From an uncultured Pseudobdellovibrionaceae bacterium (lineage in GTDB: Bacteria; Pseudomonadota; Alphaproteobacteria; Micavibrionales; Micavibrionaceae), in the NCBI GenBank assembly GCA_964607245.1, contig CAZSIB010000005.1:43203-107202 (forward strand): a stretch of 64,000 bases of DNA, given 5' to 3'. The notes under the pieces were generated by a model that did not search any database, was not told where the DNA came from, and saw only the letters and a list, made by a program, of their open reading frames with translations. The position numbers and the translations under genes were made by a program. Positions 27,605-36,596 of the stretch are shown in pieces; position 1 is the stretch's first letter; every line of letters begins with the position of its first letter.

Positions 27605-28852
27605 ATGGCTGTTTTTATGTTGTCCTTGACGCGTGTATGGGTTTTTGTTTTTGCGGCCTTGTTGGCCCTTGTTCCCTTTGCTGCAAAACCAATCGTTCAG
27701 GGCGGAGCGGTTATCTTGTTCCTGTTGATCCTGTGGGACCGCGTGCGTACAGCCCAGGGCCGCCCGGTTCTTTCATTCTCGCGGTATGATCTGTCGGTTC
27801 AAATAATCGGCGGATTGCTGGCCTTGATCGTCATCAGCATGCTCTGGTCGGTGGATCCGGGGCATGCGGCCCATGCCCTGCCGCGGCTTACCCTTATTTT
27901 TTTTGCGGGGCTTGTATTGATCGCCGGCGCTCCCCGCATCTCCGTCCCACAAGAAAAAGATTGGGGAATTTTAGTTGCGGGCCTCAGTTTCGGCATGCTT
28001 GCGGTCCTTTTTTTGGTGGGCACAAAATTTCAATTTTTTGCATGGGTCCGCGGTGTTGAAGGCGCTCCGGCCTATGTGACGAACAAGGCGGTAGGTGTTT
28101 TGACCTTAATCGCGCCAGCCGTGTTGCTGCCGCTTGTTACAATGCGCCATCGCGCGGCGGTGGTGTCGTTTTTTTGGGGGCTCGCGCTGATTTTGATCAT
28201 GGTGGTCGCCACAACAGGGCAATCGGCGCTCTTGGCCTTTTGTGTCATGCTGATGGCTTATTTTCTGCCGCTTGGATCAAAAAAAATCCGGCTTATTTTA
28301 AAAGGGTTATTATTTTTTGGAGTTATGGGCGCGCCTTTTCTGGTGATGGCGCTTTGGCCTTATGCCCAGATGATGGCTCAAAATGATTTGTTAAAAGAAG
28401 CCTCTGCGCCTGAACGCATGGAAGTGTGGTTTGCGATTACTCAGAAAATTTTAGAGCGGCCCATTTGGGGCTATGGGTTTGATGCGACCCAGGCGATTAC
28501 GCATTTCGATACGCAACAAATCTATCAACCTGGAACGCGATTTTCCCATCCGCATAATCTGGCGCTTCAGGTTTGGGTAGAGTTTGGGGCGGTCGGGGCC
28601 TTGTTTTTATCCTGGGCACTGATCACAACACTCCGCCATATCCTAGCCCATCCGGCGCGCGCGGTACGACGTCTTTATTTTACAAGCTATGCAGCGACCC
28701 TCTCGGTCGCCTTAGTGGGATGGGGTATGTGGCAGGGATGGTGGATGACGCTTGTGTTGCTGATCGTTTTTTTAAACCTTGTGGCCGGGCGGCTCATTCA
28801 GGCGCAAGATGCGCTGGCAATAAAACCCACAGATTCCCGCGCGATTTCATGA
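27605..28852 (+). CDS. O-antigen ligase (Wzy_C) family membrane protein
   Basis: Polytopic membrane protein with the Wzy_C-type segment (...TGQSALLAF...) and a periplasmic loop ...GYGFDATQ...SHPHNLALQVWVEFG.... Confidence 0.75.
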   Translation: MAVFMLSLTRVWVFVFAALLALVPFAAKPIVQGGAVILFLLILWDRVRTAQGRPVLSFSRYDLSVQIIGGLLALIVISMLWSVDPGHAAHALPRLTLIFFAGLVLIAGAPRISVPQEKDWGILVAGLSFGMLAVLFLVGTKFQFFAWVRGVEGAPAYVTNKAVGVLTLIAPAVLLPLVTMRHRAAVVSFFWGLALILIMVVATTGQSALLAFCVMLMAYFLPLGSKKIRLILKGLLFFGVMGAPFLVMALWPYAQMMAQNDLLKEASAPERMEVWFAITQKILERPIWGYGFDATQAITHFDTQQIYQPGTRFSHPHNLALQVWVEFGAVGALFLSWALITTLRHILAHPARAVRRLYFTSYAATLSVALVGWGMWQGWWMTLVLLIVFLNLVAGRLIQAQDALAIKPTDSRAIS

Positions 28853-29960
28853 CGCCAGCGGTATGTGCCGCCTCCGCGCCATATCCCCAAAAGACATCGC
28901 CGCGGATGGCGCCTTTAATCGCGCCGCCTGTGTCTTGTCCAATCATCAGGCGCTGCAACCGCGGACCTGTTCCCTCGGGCGCATCGGCGTCCACATAAAA
29001 CGGCAATCCATAAGACCACATGGATTTATCGATGGCGAGGGAGCGTAAGGGTGTAAGCGCAATATTTTCGGCGCCGATGGGGCCATCCGGGCCAATATCG
29101 CGAAAGAAGATATACGATTTATTTTGATTCATCAGGTCTTGTGCCTGATCCGGGTGGGCGGTGATCCAGGCGCGGATAGACTGCATCGAGGCTTGTTCTT
29201 TTGTCATTGCGCCGCGTTCGACCAGAACTTTTCCAATCGCGGTGTAGGCGTGGCCGTTGCGTTCATCATACCCCACATGCAGAGTCGTGCCGTCATCCAT
29301 TGCAATGCGTCCGGATCCCTGGATTTCCAGGAAAAAGGCATCGACTGGATCATCTACCCAGGCGAGAACATGATCCTCTGTATGCGGGATCTCTCCACGT
29401 ATAATCCCTTCGCGCGCGGGATAGGGGCGGAGGCTGCGTGTCCCCGGAAGTCCTGTGAGTTGCCCCGTGATCCGTTCACCTTTCAAATCCGGTTTAAAAT
29501 CACCCAGATTCACAACAACATGATCAAGGGGGCGCGCCCGAATGGGAGTTTGATAGGCCCCGTGGCGTGTGCGTGATCCGCGCAAAGACGCCTCGTAATA
29601 TCCGGTAAATAAACCGTCATCGCGTACCCGTGTCGTCACGCGCCAGGGGCGTAAGGATCTTTCAAGGAAAGGCCGAATGTCGGTCGTTGGGTCGTGTGCC
29701 AAAAGTTCTTCACAAAACACACGCCAATCTTCCCACGTGCCAACGGGTTTGACGGCCCCAGAGAGGGCGATTTTTTGTTGCCGCGTACAGGATTTCGAAA
29801 GGGCCCTATGAACATCCGACAAATTATCTTGCGACCATCCCGGCAAGTCCTCGAAAGAAGCCGGATGGAAGAGCGGCGGGGCCGTTGTCGCATCCTCAAG
29901 CGTTGTACAGGCGGAGAGCCAAGACATCATGATCACGAGAAGAAGGGTTTGTGTTTTCAT
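28794..29960 (-). CDS. mltA: Membrane-bound lytic murein transglycosylase A
   Basis: Lipobox (WLSAC). MltA-specific and 3D-domain patterns (...LTGYYE...L.G; ...SLAIDKSMWSYGLPFYVD...LMIGQDTGGAIKGAIRGDVFWG). Confidence 0.85.
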   Translation of the reverse strand: MKTQTLLLVIMMSWLSACTTLEDATTAPPLFHPASFEDLPGWSQDNLSDVHRALSKSCTRQQKIALSGAVKPVGTWEDWRVFCEELLAHDPTTDIRPFLERSLRPWRVTTRVRDDGLFTGYYEASLRGSRTRHGAYQTPIRARPLDHVVVNLGDFKPDLKGERITGQLTGLPGTRSLRPYPAREGIIRGEIPHTEDHVLAWVDDPVDAFFLEIQGSGRIAMDDGTTLHVGYDERNGHAYTAIGKVLVERGAMTKEQASMQSIRAWITAHPDQAQDLMNQNKSYIFFRDIGPDGPIGAENIALTPLRSLAIDKSMWSYGLPFYVDADAPEGTGPRLQRLMIGQDTGGAIKGAIRGDVFWGYGAEAAHTAGVMKSRGNLWVLLPAHLAPE

Positions 29961-30685
29961 CGCGATTCGGGCAAGGGGGTTTTGTGTGGTTCGGCCTGTT
30001 CGTCGCGCGTTTCATAGACATACCAAATCGGGCTTGTGGCTGTTATTTCCCGGCCAAACATCCAGATATCGATCATGGTGGTTGTCTTTTCTGGATCGCC
30101 GGCAATCACGACGCCTGCTGCGTTGCGGATCAGGCAGGTTTCCTGGGCCGTGAACCGAACACTGATAAAAGCGGTGCCTTCTTTTATCGTGGCCGAAATA
30201 ATATCCATCGCGGGAATCGACTCGATCCTTGTGTCGACCGTTTCGGCGCGTGTTTCGCGGTCGATGATGGCCCGTTCAAAATCATTATAGACAGGAGGCG
30301 TTAACAGGGATCTGAGGGTCGCGCGGTCGCCTTTGGCAAAAGAGGTGACGATCAGTTCAAACGCATCCTCCGCGCCTTCCATGAAATGGTCGAGATTAAA
30401 ACGCGGGTCAGCCTCGGCAATTTTGCGCAGTCCCGCCTCGGTGTCTGGCGTTTCGATACGCACGCGTCCGGTCAAAGTCGTTTTAGTGATTCGGATGGAC
30501 GGCGTGCCCGGCATCGGCGAGAGTTGAATAACATTACTCTCTTCGCGATTTCCGGGTTTATTGTCGGGTGCCGCAAAGGGGTTCTCGCGCGTGCGCTCAT
30601 CCCCGTGGCGTGTCCCCAGAATGCTTTTCAGCCAAAAAACCAGAACCCCGGCAATAATCCCGTAAATAATCAAATCTGCCGCCAC
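29957..30685 (-). CDS. Tim44-like domain-containing membrane protein
   Basis: An N-terminal TM helix and a C-terminal Tim44-like domain (...FMEGAEDAFELIVTSFAKGD...L..LL...VY..F...I..R...) upstream of mltA, with a 4-nt overlap. This is a common alphaproteobacterial arrangement. Confidence 0.8.
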   Translation of the reverse strand: MAADLIIYGIIAGVLVFWLKSILGTRHGDERTRENPFAAPDNKPGNREESNVIQLSPMPGTPSIRITKTTLTGRVRIETPDTEAGLRKIAEADPRFNLDHFMEGAEDAFELIVTSFAKGDRATLRSLLTPPVYNDFERAIIDRETRAETVDTRIESIPAMDIISATIKEGTAFISVRFTAQETCLIRNAAGVVIAGDPEKTTTMIDIWMFGREITATSPIWYVYETRDEQAEPHKTPLPESR

Positions 30686-30750
30686 GCTTATGTACCCCTC
30701 TTAAAGAAATGAAGTCGATCTAGCGGGTACTATACGCACTGTTGAGGGGT

Positions 30751-30780
30751 TTGACAAAAGGGGTTTAGTTTTTCTATAAA
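30751..30780 (+). promoter_or_regulatory. Near-consensus sigma70-type promoter for the 30801 gene
   Basis: TTGACA (30751-30756), an 18-nt spacer, then TATAAA (30775-30780). AAGGAGG SD at 30789-30795 and ATG at 30801. Confidence 0.4.
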
Positions 30781-30800
30781 ACAAATCTAAGGAGGTCGGT

Positions 30801-31478
30801 ATGGTCCATATGGCCCGCATTAACCCTGTTGTCGAGATGGATCATTTTGATGCCCCAGAAATTCGTGCACGGCTGTCCTCTGGGCAGGCGGGGTGCGTGA
30901 TTGTGCGGGAAACCATAGATCCGTCTATCCTTGCGGGGCTTTCCCCTGCACATCAGCGTTTTTTAAGTCGGCACTGGGTGGCCGCCGCACCATCCGGCAG
31001 ACTTGGATTATATGAATTTAATCATAGGGCCCCAGTTGAAGATCGATCTGAGCCGGATGCAACCTTAAAAGATGCTTTTGCTGCGTTGGTTGAAAACGAT
31101 ATCACCCGAATGGCCGAAATATCGACGAGTGGAACCAAGGTGAGGGGACGATTTTGTTTAGATTATTACCTTTCGGCAGGTGCGCATATTGATCGGGTTA
31201 CGGGAAGAAATATCGCGCATCGGCATTTGATTGGCGATCAGGCGGGGATGGTCATTTTCTGTCCTGAAGGGCCGGTGGATATTCGCCCCGCGAATAATGC
31301 CGGGGATCAGTTTGACCGCACACAAATTGATCGAATGGTACGGCAGGGGAATGCAAAATTACGACAATTAAAACCGGGAGAAATTGCGTACTTTAATGAC
31401 ACCTGCCTGCATTGGTCGTTCATTCCGCGTCACCAAGATTTGTCGGAAGTCCCGAAATTTAGAGTGATTTATGCCTAA
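30801..31478 (+). CDS. Hypothetical protein; possible cupin/Fe(II)-2OG-dioxygenase-like fold
   Basis: Strong promoter and SD signals. H-x-D (GAHIDRV) and a distal His (CLHWSFIPR) are spaced as in a 2-His-1-carboxylate facial triad. No family recognised with confidence. Confidence 0.6.
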   Translation: MVHMARINPVVEMDHFDAPEIRARLSSGQAGCVIVRETIDPSILAGLSPAHQRFLSRHWVAAAPSGRLGLYEFNHRAPVEDRSEPDATLKDAFAALVENDITRMAEISTSGTKVRGRFCLDYYLSAGAHIDRVTGRNIAHRHLIGDQAGMVIFCPEGPVDIRPANNAGDQFDRTQIDRMVRQGNAKLRQLKPGEIAYFNDTCLHWSFIPRHQDLSEVPKFRVIYA

Positions 31479-31581
31479 CACACTGAAAGCGAGGCATAAA
31501 AAGACACTACCTTAAGTTGTTTTTAACTGTTTTCTTGCATCCTGACGGGGCTGGCTTGTTTTTCAACAGGTTTTCCCTCCT

Positions 31582-32376
31582 ATGTCTGCCACCGTTTACA
31601 CGGATGGTTTTTGTGCTTTTATTCATGCGATTGCACTGAAACGGAATGAGCTTCATAAATGGACGGCCCTCATTATTCAAGTGGCGGACTCGACAGGCCA
31701 TGCGGATTTTGACGAAGTCATTCAAGTTCTGAATTTCCAGTTTCAAGGGCAAGAAGCGCTGATCTTGACTCAAAGCCAACAAAAACGCGTTTTTGTGATT
31801 ACCCGCACCGACCGCAAGGCCTTATCAATTCTCGAAAGTTCGATTGCCAAGGCGTTCCCGGATGACAACGTGAAGGTTTTGATGGGCGTTCCCCTGAACC
31901 GTGGAGTGGATATCTTGGCCAAGATGATTGGAATGACAACACCTCAAACCGATCACGCGACCCATATCAGTTTAAAAAGACTGGCGCGGCCCAGCAATGC
32001 GTTCTTGGTTTTGACAGATAACAAGGATATTACGGCGCAAGCCCTTCGGACTCTTCAGGGATTTGGGCATGTGACCATGGCCCAGAATATCGAGGATTTT
32101 TTTCGCCTGTACCGGGATTATGCCCCGAATGCGACTTTTATTGATGCGAGTTTTGATTCCGCAGAGGGAGAATCTCTCGTTTCTAAATTACGCGCGCAGT
32201 ACGATCCGCATTCTCATGTTGTGATGATCGGACAGGCGGCGACGGATGCTTTCGTGAATAAGTACAAGAAAACCGGCGTCAACGGCATTGTGATTCCGCC
32301 GCTGTCCTACGATACTGTTTTACGTCAACTAACGCGCGTTCCAACAAAAGTTTCTCGGACGATGGCCGCCCATTAA
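31582..32376 (+). CDS. Hypothetical protein with a CheY-like receiver-type C-terminal half
   Basis: The C-terminal roughly 120 aa (AFLVLTDNKD...ATFIDASF...HVVMIGQ...GVNGIVIPPL) follows the beta-alpha periodicity and acidic-pocket positions of receiver domains. There is no SD at the annotated ATG, so the start is uncertain. Confidence 0.5.
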   Translation: MSATVYTDGFCAFIHAIALKRNELHKWTALIIQVADSTGHADFDEVIQVLNFQFQGQEALILTQSQQKRVFVITRTDRKALSILESSIAKAFPDDNVKVLMGVPLNRGVDILAKMIGMTTPQTDHATHISLKRLARPSNAFLVLTDNKDITAQALRTLQGFGHVTMAQNIEDFFRLYRDYAPNATFIDASFDSAEGESLVSKLRAQYDPHSHVVMIGQAATDAFVNKYKKTGVNGIVIPPLSYDTVLRQLTRVPTKVSRTMAAH

Positions 32377-32378
32377 GG

Positions 32379-32897
32379 TTATTTTTTGCGGAACTGGTCA
32401 AGTGAGACAACTTCGCCCATTTTTCCGCTGTCATCACCGTCTTTACGTTTTCCGCGCGGGCCGTCGCCGCCACCGTCATCGTCCGGTCCTTCCCCTTCGT
32501 CATCGTCGTCATGAAGGCCCATGGGCTGGAATTGCAGGGCAAAATTGACGGAAGGGTCGGCAAAGATGCTGATGGATTTGAGCGGGATCACCAAACGTTC
32601 AAGCGCATTGTTGAAAGAAAGCGTGACAGATAATTTTTCATCATCGACGGCCAAATCGTAATACTGGAATTGTAAAACGATCGTCATTTCTCCAGGATAA
32701 CGTTCTTTGAGGTAATCTGGAATCTTGACCCCCGGATGATCGGTCAGGAAGGTAATATAAAAGTGATGGTCGCCCGGGGGTTCACCAAAATCGATGACTT
32801 CCTGAACCGCTTGTTTCACCACATTGCGTAAGGCGGTTTCAACCATACGGTCATAGCGTAGGGTTTCGTTTTCGTCGGGAGCTTTATTCTTTGCCAT
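32379..32897 (-). CDS. sspB: ClpXP adaptor SspB (alphaproteobacterial type)
   Basis: LRYDRMVETALRNVV...PGDHHFYITFLTDHPGV..P..L...YP.EMTIVLQ.QY..L.V....LSV.LSF......L.IP...I..FADPSV.F.L.F, followed by an acidic linker and a C-terminal ...LDQFRKK ClpX-binding-like tail. Confidence 0.8.
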   Translation of the reverse strand: MAKNKAPDENETLRYDRMVETALRNVVKQAVQEVIDFGEPPGDHHFYITFLTDHPGVKIPDYLKERYPGEMTIVLQFQYYDLAVDDEKLSVTLSFNNALERLVIPLKSISIFADPSVNFALQFQPMGLHDDDDEGEGPDDDGGGDGPRGKRKDGDDSGKMGEVVSLDQFRKK

Positions 32898-32986
32898 GGC
32901 GGCGGCCTCTTTGATTCGTATCGGATGTCGCTTCGATCACTCTATCAAATTGTTGATCGAACGCCAGCCCCAGAAAATCATATATT

Positions 32987-34843
32987 TTATGGTGTTTTTT
33001 CGTGGTTCTGATAGGGGGCGAGCGCATTCATCAGGGTTGAAACAGGCCCGCGCAAGCCCTGCCAGACGCGCGTGTCGTCGGCAAGCCGTTGAATGTCCTG
33101 GGCGTGCCCGCGCTTTTCGTGATAGCGGAGGAGCGCAAGGCGCAGGCTGGCACTGCGCGGTTCAACCTCAAGCCCGCGCTCCCAAGCGGGAAGGGGGGTT
33201 TTCCCCACCACCTCGTCCAAGCGTCCCTGAAGTTCATAGGCCATGGGAAGATACGGATCACGCGTTAAGGCCGCTGTGATTTGATCTTGAATCGCGTCAG
33301 GGCTCGGCCCGTTTGAGAGCGGTCCCGCGAGCAGTAACGTCAAGCGATAGTCGGCCGCCCGCGCATAGGGCACCGCGTGAAGATCAAAAGAGAAGGCGCG
33401 GGCGGTGTGGAGGTCATCGGCAAAACGTTCCAGATTTCCCTGGGCCAGGTAACGCTCGGCACGTTTCAAGGCATATTCGGCGTAAATCCCGGTGATGGAT
33501 ACAAGTAAGGCAATAAAAAGGATCGCGGCTGTGATGCGGTGAAAAACCTTTCCTGTCCGGGTTTTTGCATCGTTTGTTTTGGGCAACACGGACCGTAAAA
33601 TCAGGCCGATTCCGATTCCGCTTAAAATTAAAACCGGCAAGACGCCCCACATAAACTCAATCTGCGCTTGAAGGAAAAGCGCGGCCAGCATCGCCGCGGC
33701 CCCAGCAAGAAAAGGCAGCGTGTTTTCCGTGCGCGACAAAAGAAAGGCCCGCGACAAAACCAGAAGCACAAGCCCCAGATAAAGAACCCCGCCGATCATT
33801 CCCGTCTCAAGGGTTATTTGTAAGACATCATTATGTGCGGCATAGGCGGATGTCAGATGGGCGGGGGTGATGACGCTGGGGAAGACGCTTGCAAAACTTC
33901 CCGTACCATATCCGAACCAAGGGCGTTCGGCGATGAGCGACAGGGTTGAGCGCCACAGTTCAGGTCGAGACCCAAGGGCCGCGGTGGGGTCGTGCCAAAG
34001 ATCCGAAAATCCGGTCATCGCCATCCAGTGGCTTGGGAAAAGGAAAGGAATTGCGGTGATCAGAAGACCGCTGAGGATCCCCGTAAAGAGAAAACGGGGT
34101 GATACCTCTGTTTTTTGAATGCGGAGGGTAGAGGGGCGCAGGGCCCAGAAAAAAATCATACCGACGAGAAACCCCAGGATTCCCCCGCGGCTACCCGTTG
34201 CGAAAAGACCCAAGATGCAGAGGACCAGGATCACGAAAGATAACGGGCGTGGTTTTTCGCCCGTGTGCGGCATGCACGCCCCCAGCGTTAAAAATATTCC
34301 GGCGTTCATCACCATGGCTAGGTGGTTGGCATCGGCAAATGGCCATTCGGCACGGCCGAGTGACCCAAGCCACGGGTGAAGGGGCGGGAACAGGGCACAA
34401 AAAACACTCCATCCCGCAAGGAAGGCGATGATGCTTTGAATGCCCTGGATCAGGGTGTTGGTTTCCCTCTCATCCGCGCGCGTGGATATCCCCATGACGG
34501 CGAACGCTGTTGTGACCGGTAACAGATAGGACGCAAGTGTGGCAAGACCGCGCGCCGGAATATCTGATGTGACCGCGCGAAAAGAGAGCCACAGAGCAAA
34601 GAGCATCATGGTTAAAATCGTTAAGAACAGGATACCCTGGCGCGGGGTAAAGACACGGGCGGCGGTCCCCGGCGAAACCACAAGAAAGGCGATAAAAGAA
34701 AGCCCGAGCGTGGCGATAACGAAAGGTGTCTCTCCCCCAAGGCCTGGCCAAAGAAAAGAAGCACAAAAGGCAAAAATTAAGGCCGTGACAGCCGCATCAT
34801 CGCGTATTGTCTTGGCGCTCGCGGGGTCTTTTAAAGCCATCAT
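32987..34843 (-). CDS. O-antigen ligase (Wzy_C) family membrane protein with a C-terminal TPR-like region
   Basis: 618 aa with multiple TM segments, a Wzy_C-like core (...TGSRGGILGF...; ...GYGTGSF...AHNDVLQ...) and a helical-repeat C-terminus. Confidence 0.75.
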   Translation of the reverse strand: MMALKDPASAKTIRDDAAVTALIFAFCASFLWPGLGGETPFVIATLGLSFIAFLVVSPGTAARVFTPRQGILFLTILTMMLFALWLSFRAVTSDIPARGLATLASYLLPVTTAFAVMGISTRADERETNTLIQGIQSIIAFLAGWSVFCALFPPLHPWLGSLGRAEWPFADANHLAMVMNAGIFLTLGACMPHTGEKPRPLSFVILVLCILGLFATGSRGGILGFLVGMIFFWALRPSTLRIQKTEVSPRFLFTGILSGLLITAIPFLFPSHWMAMTGFSDLWHDPTAALGSRPELWRSTLSLIAERPWFGYGTGSFASVFPSVITPAHLTSAYAAHNDVLQITLETGMIGGVLYLGLVLLVLSRAFLLSRTENTLPFLAGAAAMLAALFLQAQIEFMWGVLPVLILSGIGIGLILRSVLPKTNDAKTRTGKVFHRITAAILFIALLVSITGIYAEYALKRAERYLAQGNLERFADDLHTARAFSFDLHAVPYARAADYRLTLLLAGPLSNGPSPDAIQDQITAALTRDPYLPMAYELQGRLDEVVGKTPLPAWERGLEVEPRSASLRLALLRYHEKRGHAQDIQRLADDTRVWQGLRGPVSTLMNALAPYQNHEKTP

Positions 34844-35109
34844 CAGCTAGTTTTGGCGTATTGGTCCCGAAAGGTCAAGGTGATGACCCAGGCAATGCCC
34901 TTTGCTCCTAATAAAATAGACTTTAGTAATGCCAGAGGAAGCTGGCATCCAGTTTTTTTATGTTTTTGGGCCCCAGCTTGCACTGAGGTTACAGAGTCTT
35001 GACCTCCTCATCCTTATTGCCTTTTTCCTCTTGTCAAACGCCGGAACTTTGTCTATTTTCCAAGCCTGAAGCCGAATTTATTTTCCGTACTATATGTTCG
35101 GTGCGGTTT

Positions 35110-35184
35110 TGGGGTGTCGCCAAGCGGTAAGGCAGCGGTTTTTGGTACCGCCATGCGTTGGTTCGAATCCAGCCACCCCAGCCA
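35110..35184 (+). tRNA. tRNA-Gln (anticodon UUG), CCA encoded
   Basis: Hand-folded cloverleaf. The acceptor TGGGGTG pairs with CACCCCA. The anticodon stem GCGGT/ACCGC carries the loop TTTTGGT (anticodon TTG). The T-loop is TTCGAAT and the discriminator is G followed by CCA. It is very close to E. coli tRNA-Gln. Confidence 0.92.
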
Positions 35185-35224
35185 TTTTTTCCTTTCAATC
35201 CGCCTGAGAGAATAAAGCAGGCGG

Positions 35225-36586
35225 ATGGCCCTGCTTTGTGGACCTGTTGTGCGCACACTTTCTGTTGATCAGCTTCTTGAAAAATATGACCGCCCCGTGC
35301 CGCGGTATACCAGTTTTCCAACGGCCGTGCATTTTGATCAGGTGATCACGCAAGAGACATATGCGCGTTTACTTGCGGGGATTACAGACAAGGCACCGCT
35401 TGCGCTCTATCTTCATATCCCGTTTTGTCGCGAACTTTGTTATTACTGTGGATGCCACACGCGTGCGGTCAATGATGCCCGCCCGGTCCAAAGCTATCTG
35501 ACCTCCTTGCGTCAGGAAATTCATCATGTGGGGCAATGTCTGACGTCTCGTCCCGTGGTCTCCAGCGTACATTTCGGCGGCGGAACGCCGAACATTTTAG
35601 AGATGGAAGATTTATCGGCGTTGATCGATGATCTCAAAACGTACTTTCATTTTCATGATCAAACAGAAATTGATATTGAGCTCGATCCGCGGTTGTTAAA
35701 TACAGCTCAGATTCAGGGGTTAGCCCAGATCGGTGTGGGGCGCGTGAGTTTAGGCGCACAGGATTTTAACGACGCGGTTCAGCGCGCGGTCAACCGAATC
35801 CAACCCTACGAAAAGGTACAAGACGACGTGCAGGCCTTGCGCGCCGCGGGGATTTCAAAAATCAATCTGGATATGATGATTGGGTTGCCGTGTCAGACTG
35901 AACGTCATGTCCATTTAAATGCGGAACGGACCTTGGACCTGGATCCGGACCGCATGGCTGTTTTTGCCTATGCGCATGTGCCTTGGATGAAAAAACACCA
36001 GAAACTCCTTGAAAAATACCCCCTACCAGGGCTCCATGAACGCCACCGGATGAATACGATTATGGCCGATGCATTTACCTCAGCCGGATATGTTCCGGTA
36101 GGGATTGATCATTTTGCACGGCCTGATGACCCGCTCGCCCGTGCGCGGGACGCGCAAAATTTGCGACGGAATTTTCAAGGGTATGTCGCGGATGGATCGG
36201 ATACGTTGATCGGGTTTGGCGTGTCGTCGATTGGTCGCGTCGGGGAAACCTTTATTCAAAATATCGCAACGCCCCGGGACTATCAAATCGCCGTATCTGA
36301 AGCGCGCTTCCCCATTCAACGGGGCCGGGTCTTAAGTGCAGAAGATGCCCAAAGAAGCCATGTGATTGAACAAATCATGTGCCAATTCGCGGTGGCCTGT
36401 GCGGATTTCGACGGGCTTTCTTATGCAGAAGAGTTGATGATGGATCTACTACGCGATGGGTTGGTTGAGAGGAGCCAAGATCGCCTGGAGGTCACGGCGC
36501 TTGGAAAACCCTTTACACGGATTGTCGCCTCGTGTTTTGATCCGTATTACAAGCATAATGAAACACGCCATGCGCGGGCGGTTTAA
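35225..36586 (+). CDS. hemN: Oxygen-independent coproporphyrinogen III oxidase (radical SAM)
   Basis: ...PRYTSFPTA..., the radical-SAM motif CRELCYYCGC, GGGTP and ...RNFQGY... are the HemN signatures. 453 aa. Confidence 0.9.
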   Translation: MALLCGPVVRTLSVDQLLEKYDRPVPRYTSFPTAVHFDQVITQETYARLLAGITDKAPLALYLHIPFCRELCYYCGCHTRAVNDARPVQSYLTSLRQEIHHVGQCLTSRPVVSSVHFGGGTPNILEMEDLSALIDDLKTYFHFHDQTEIDIELDPRLLNTAQIQGLAQIGVGRVSLGAQDFNDAVQRAVNRIQPYEKVQDDVQALRAAGISKINLDMMIGLPCQTERHVHLNAERTLDLDPDRMAVFAYAHVPWMKKHQKLLEKYPLPGLHERHRMNTIMADAFTSAGYVPVGIDHFARPDDPLARARDAQNLRRNFQGYVADGSDTLIGFGVSSIGRVGETFIQNIATPRDYQIAVSEARFPIQRGRVLSAEDAQRSHVIEQIMCQFAVACADFDGLSYAEELMMDLLRDGLVERSQDRLEVTALGKPFTRIVASCFDPYYKHNETRHARAV

Positions 36587-36596
36587 TCGAGGCGTC

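Noticed and set aside
36456-36596. The N-terminal extension of the RNase D ORF overlapping hemN. The same applies to the upstream extensions of the zinc-ribbon ORF (43305-43436), rplJ (44385-44483), nth (23135-23170) and rpoB (46269-46316).
   Set aside because: The extensions overlap neighbouring genes or leaders and lack SD sequences. The conserved protein N-termini begin at the internal starts used in the feature table.
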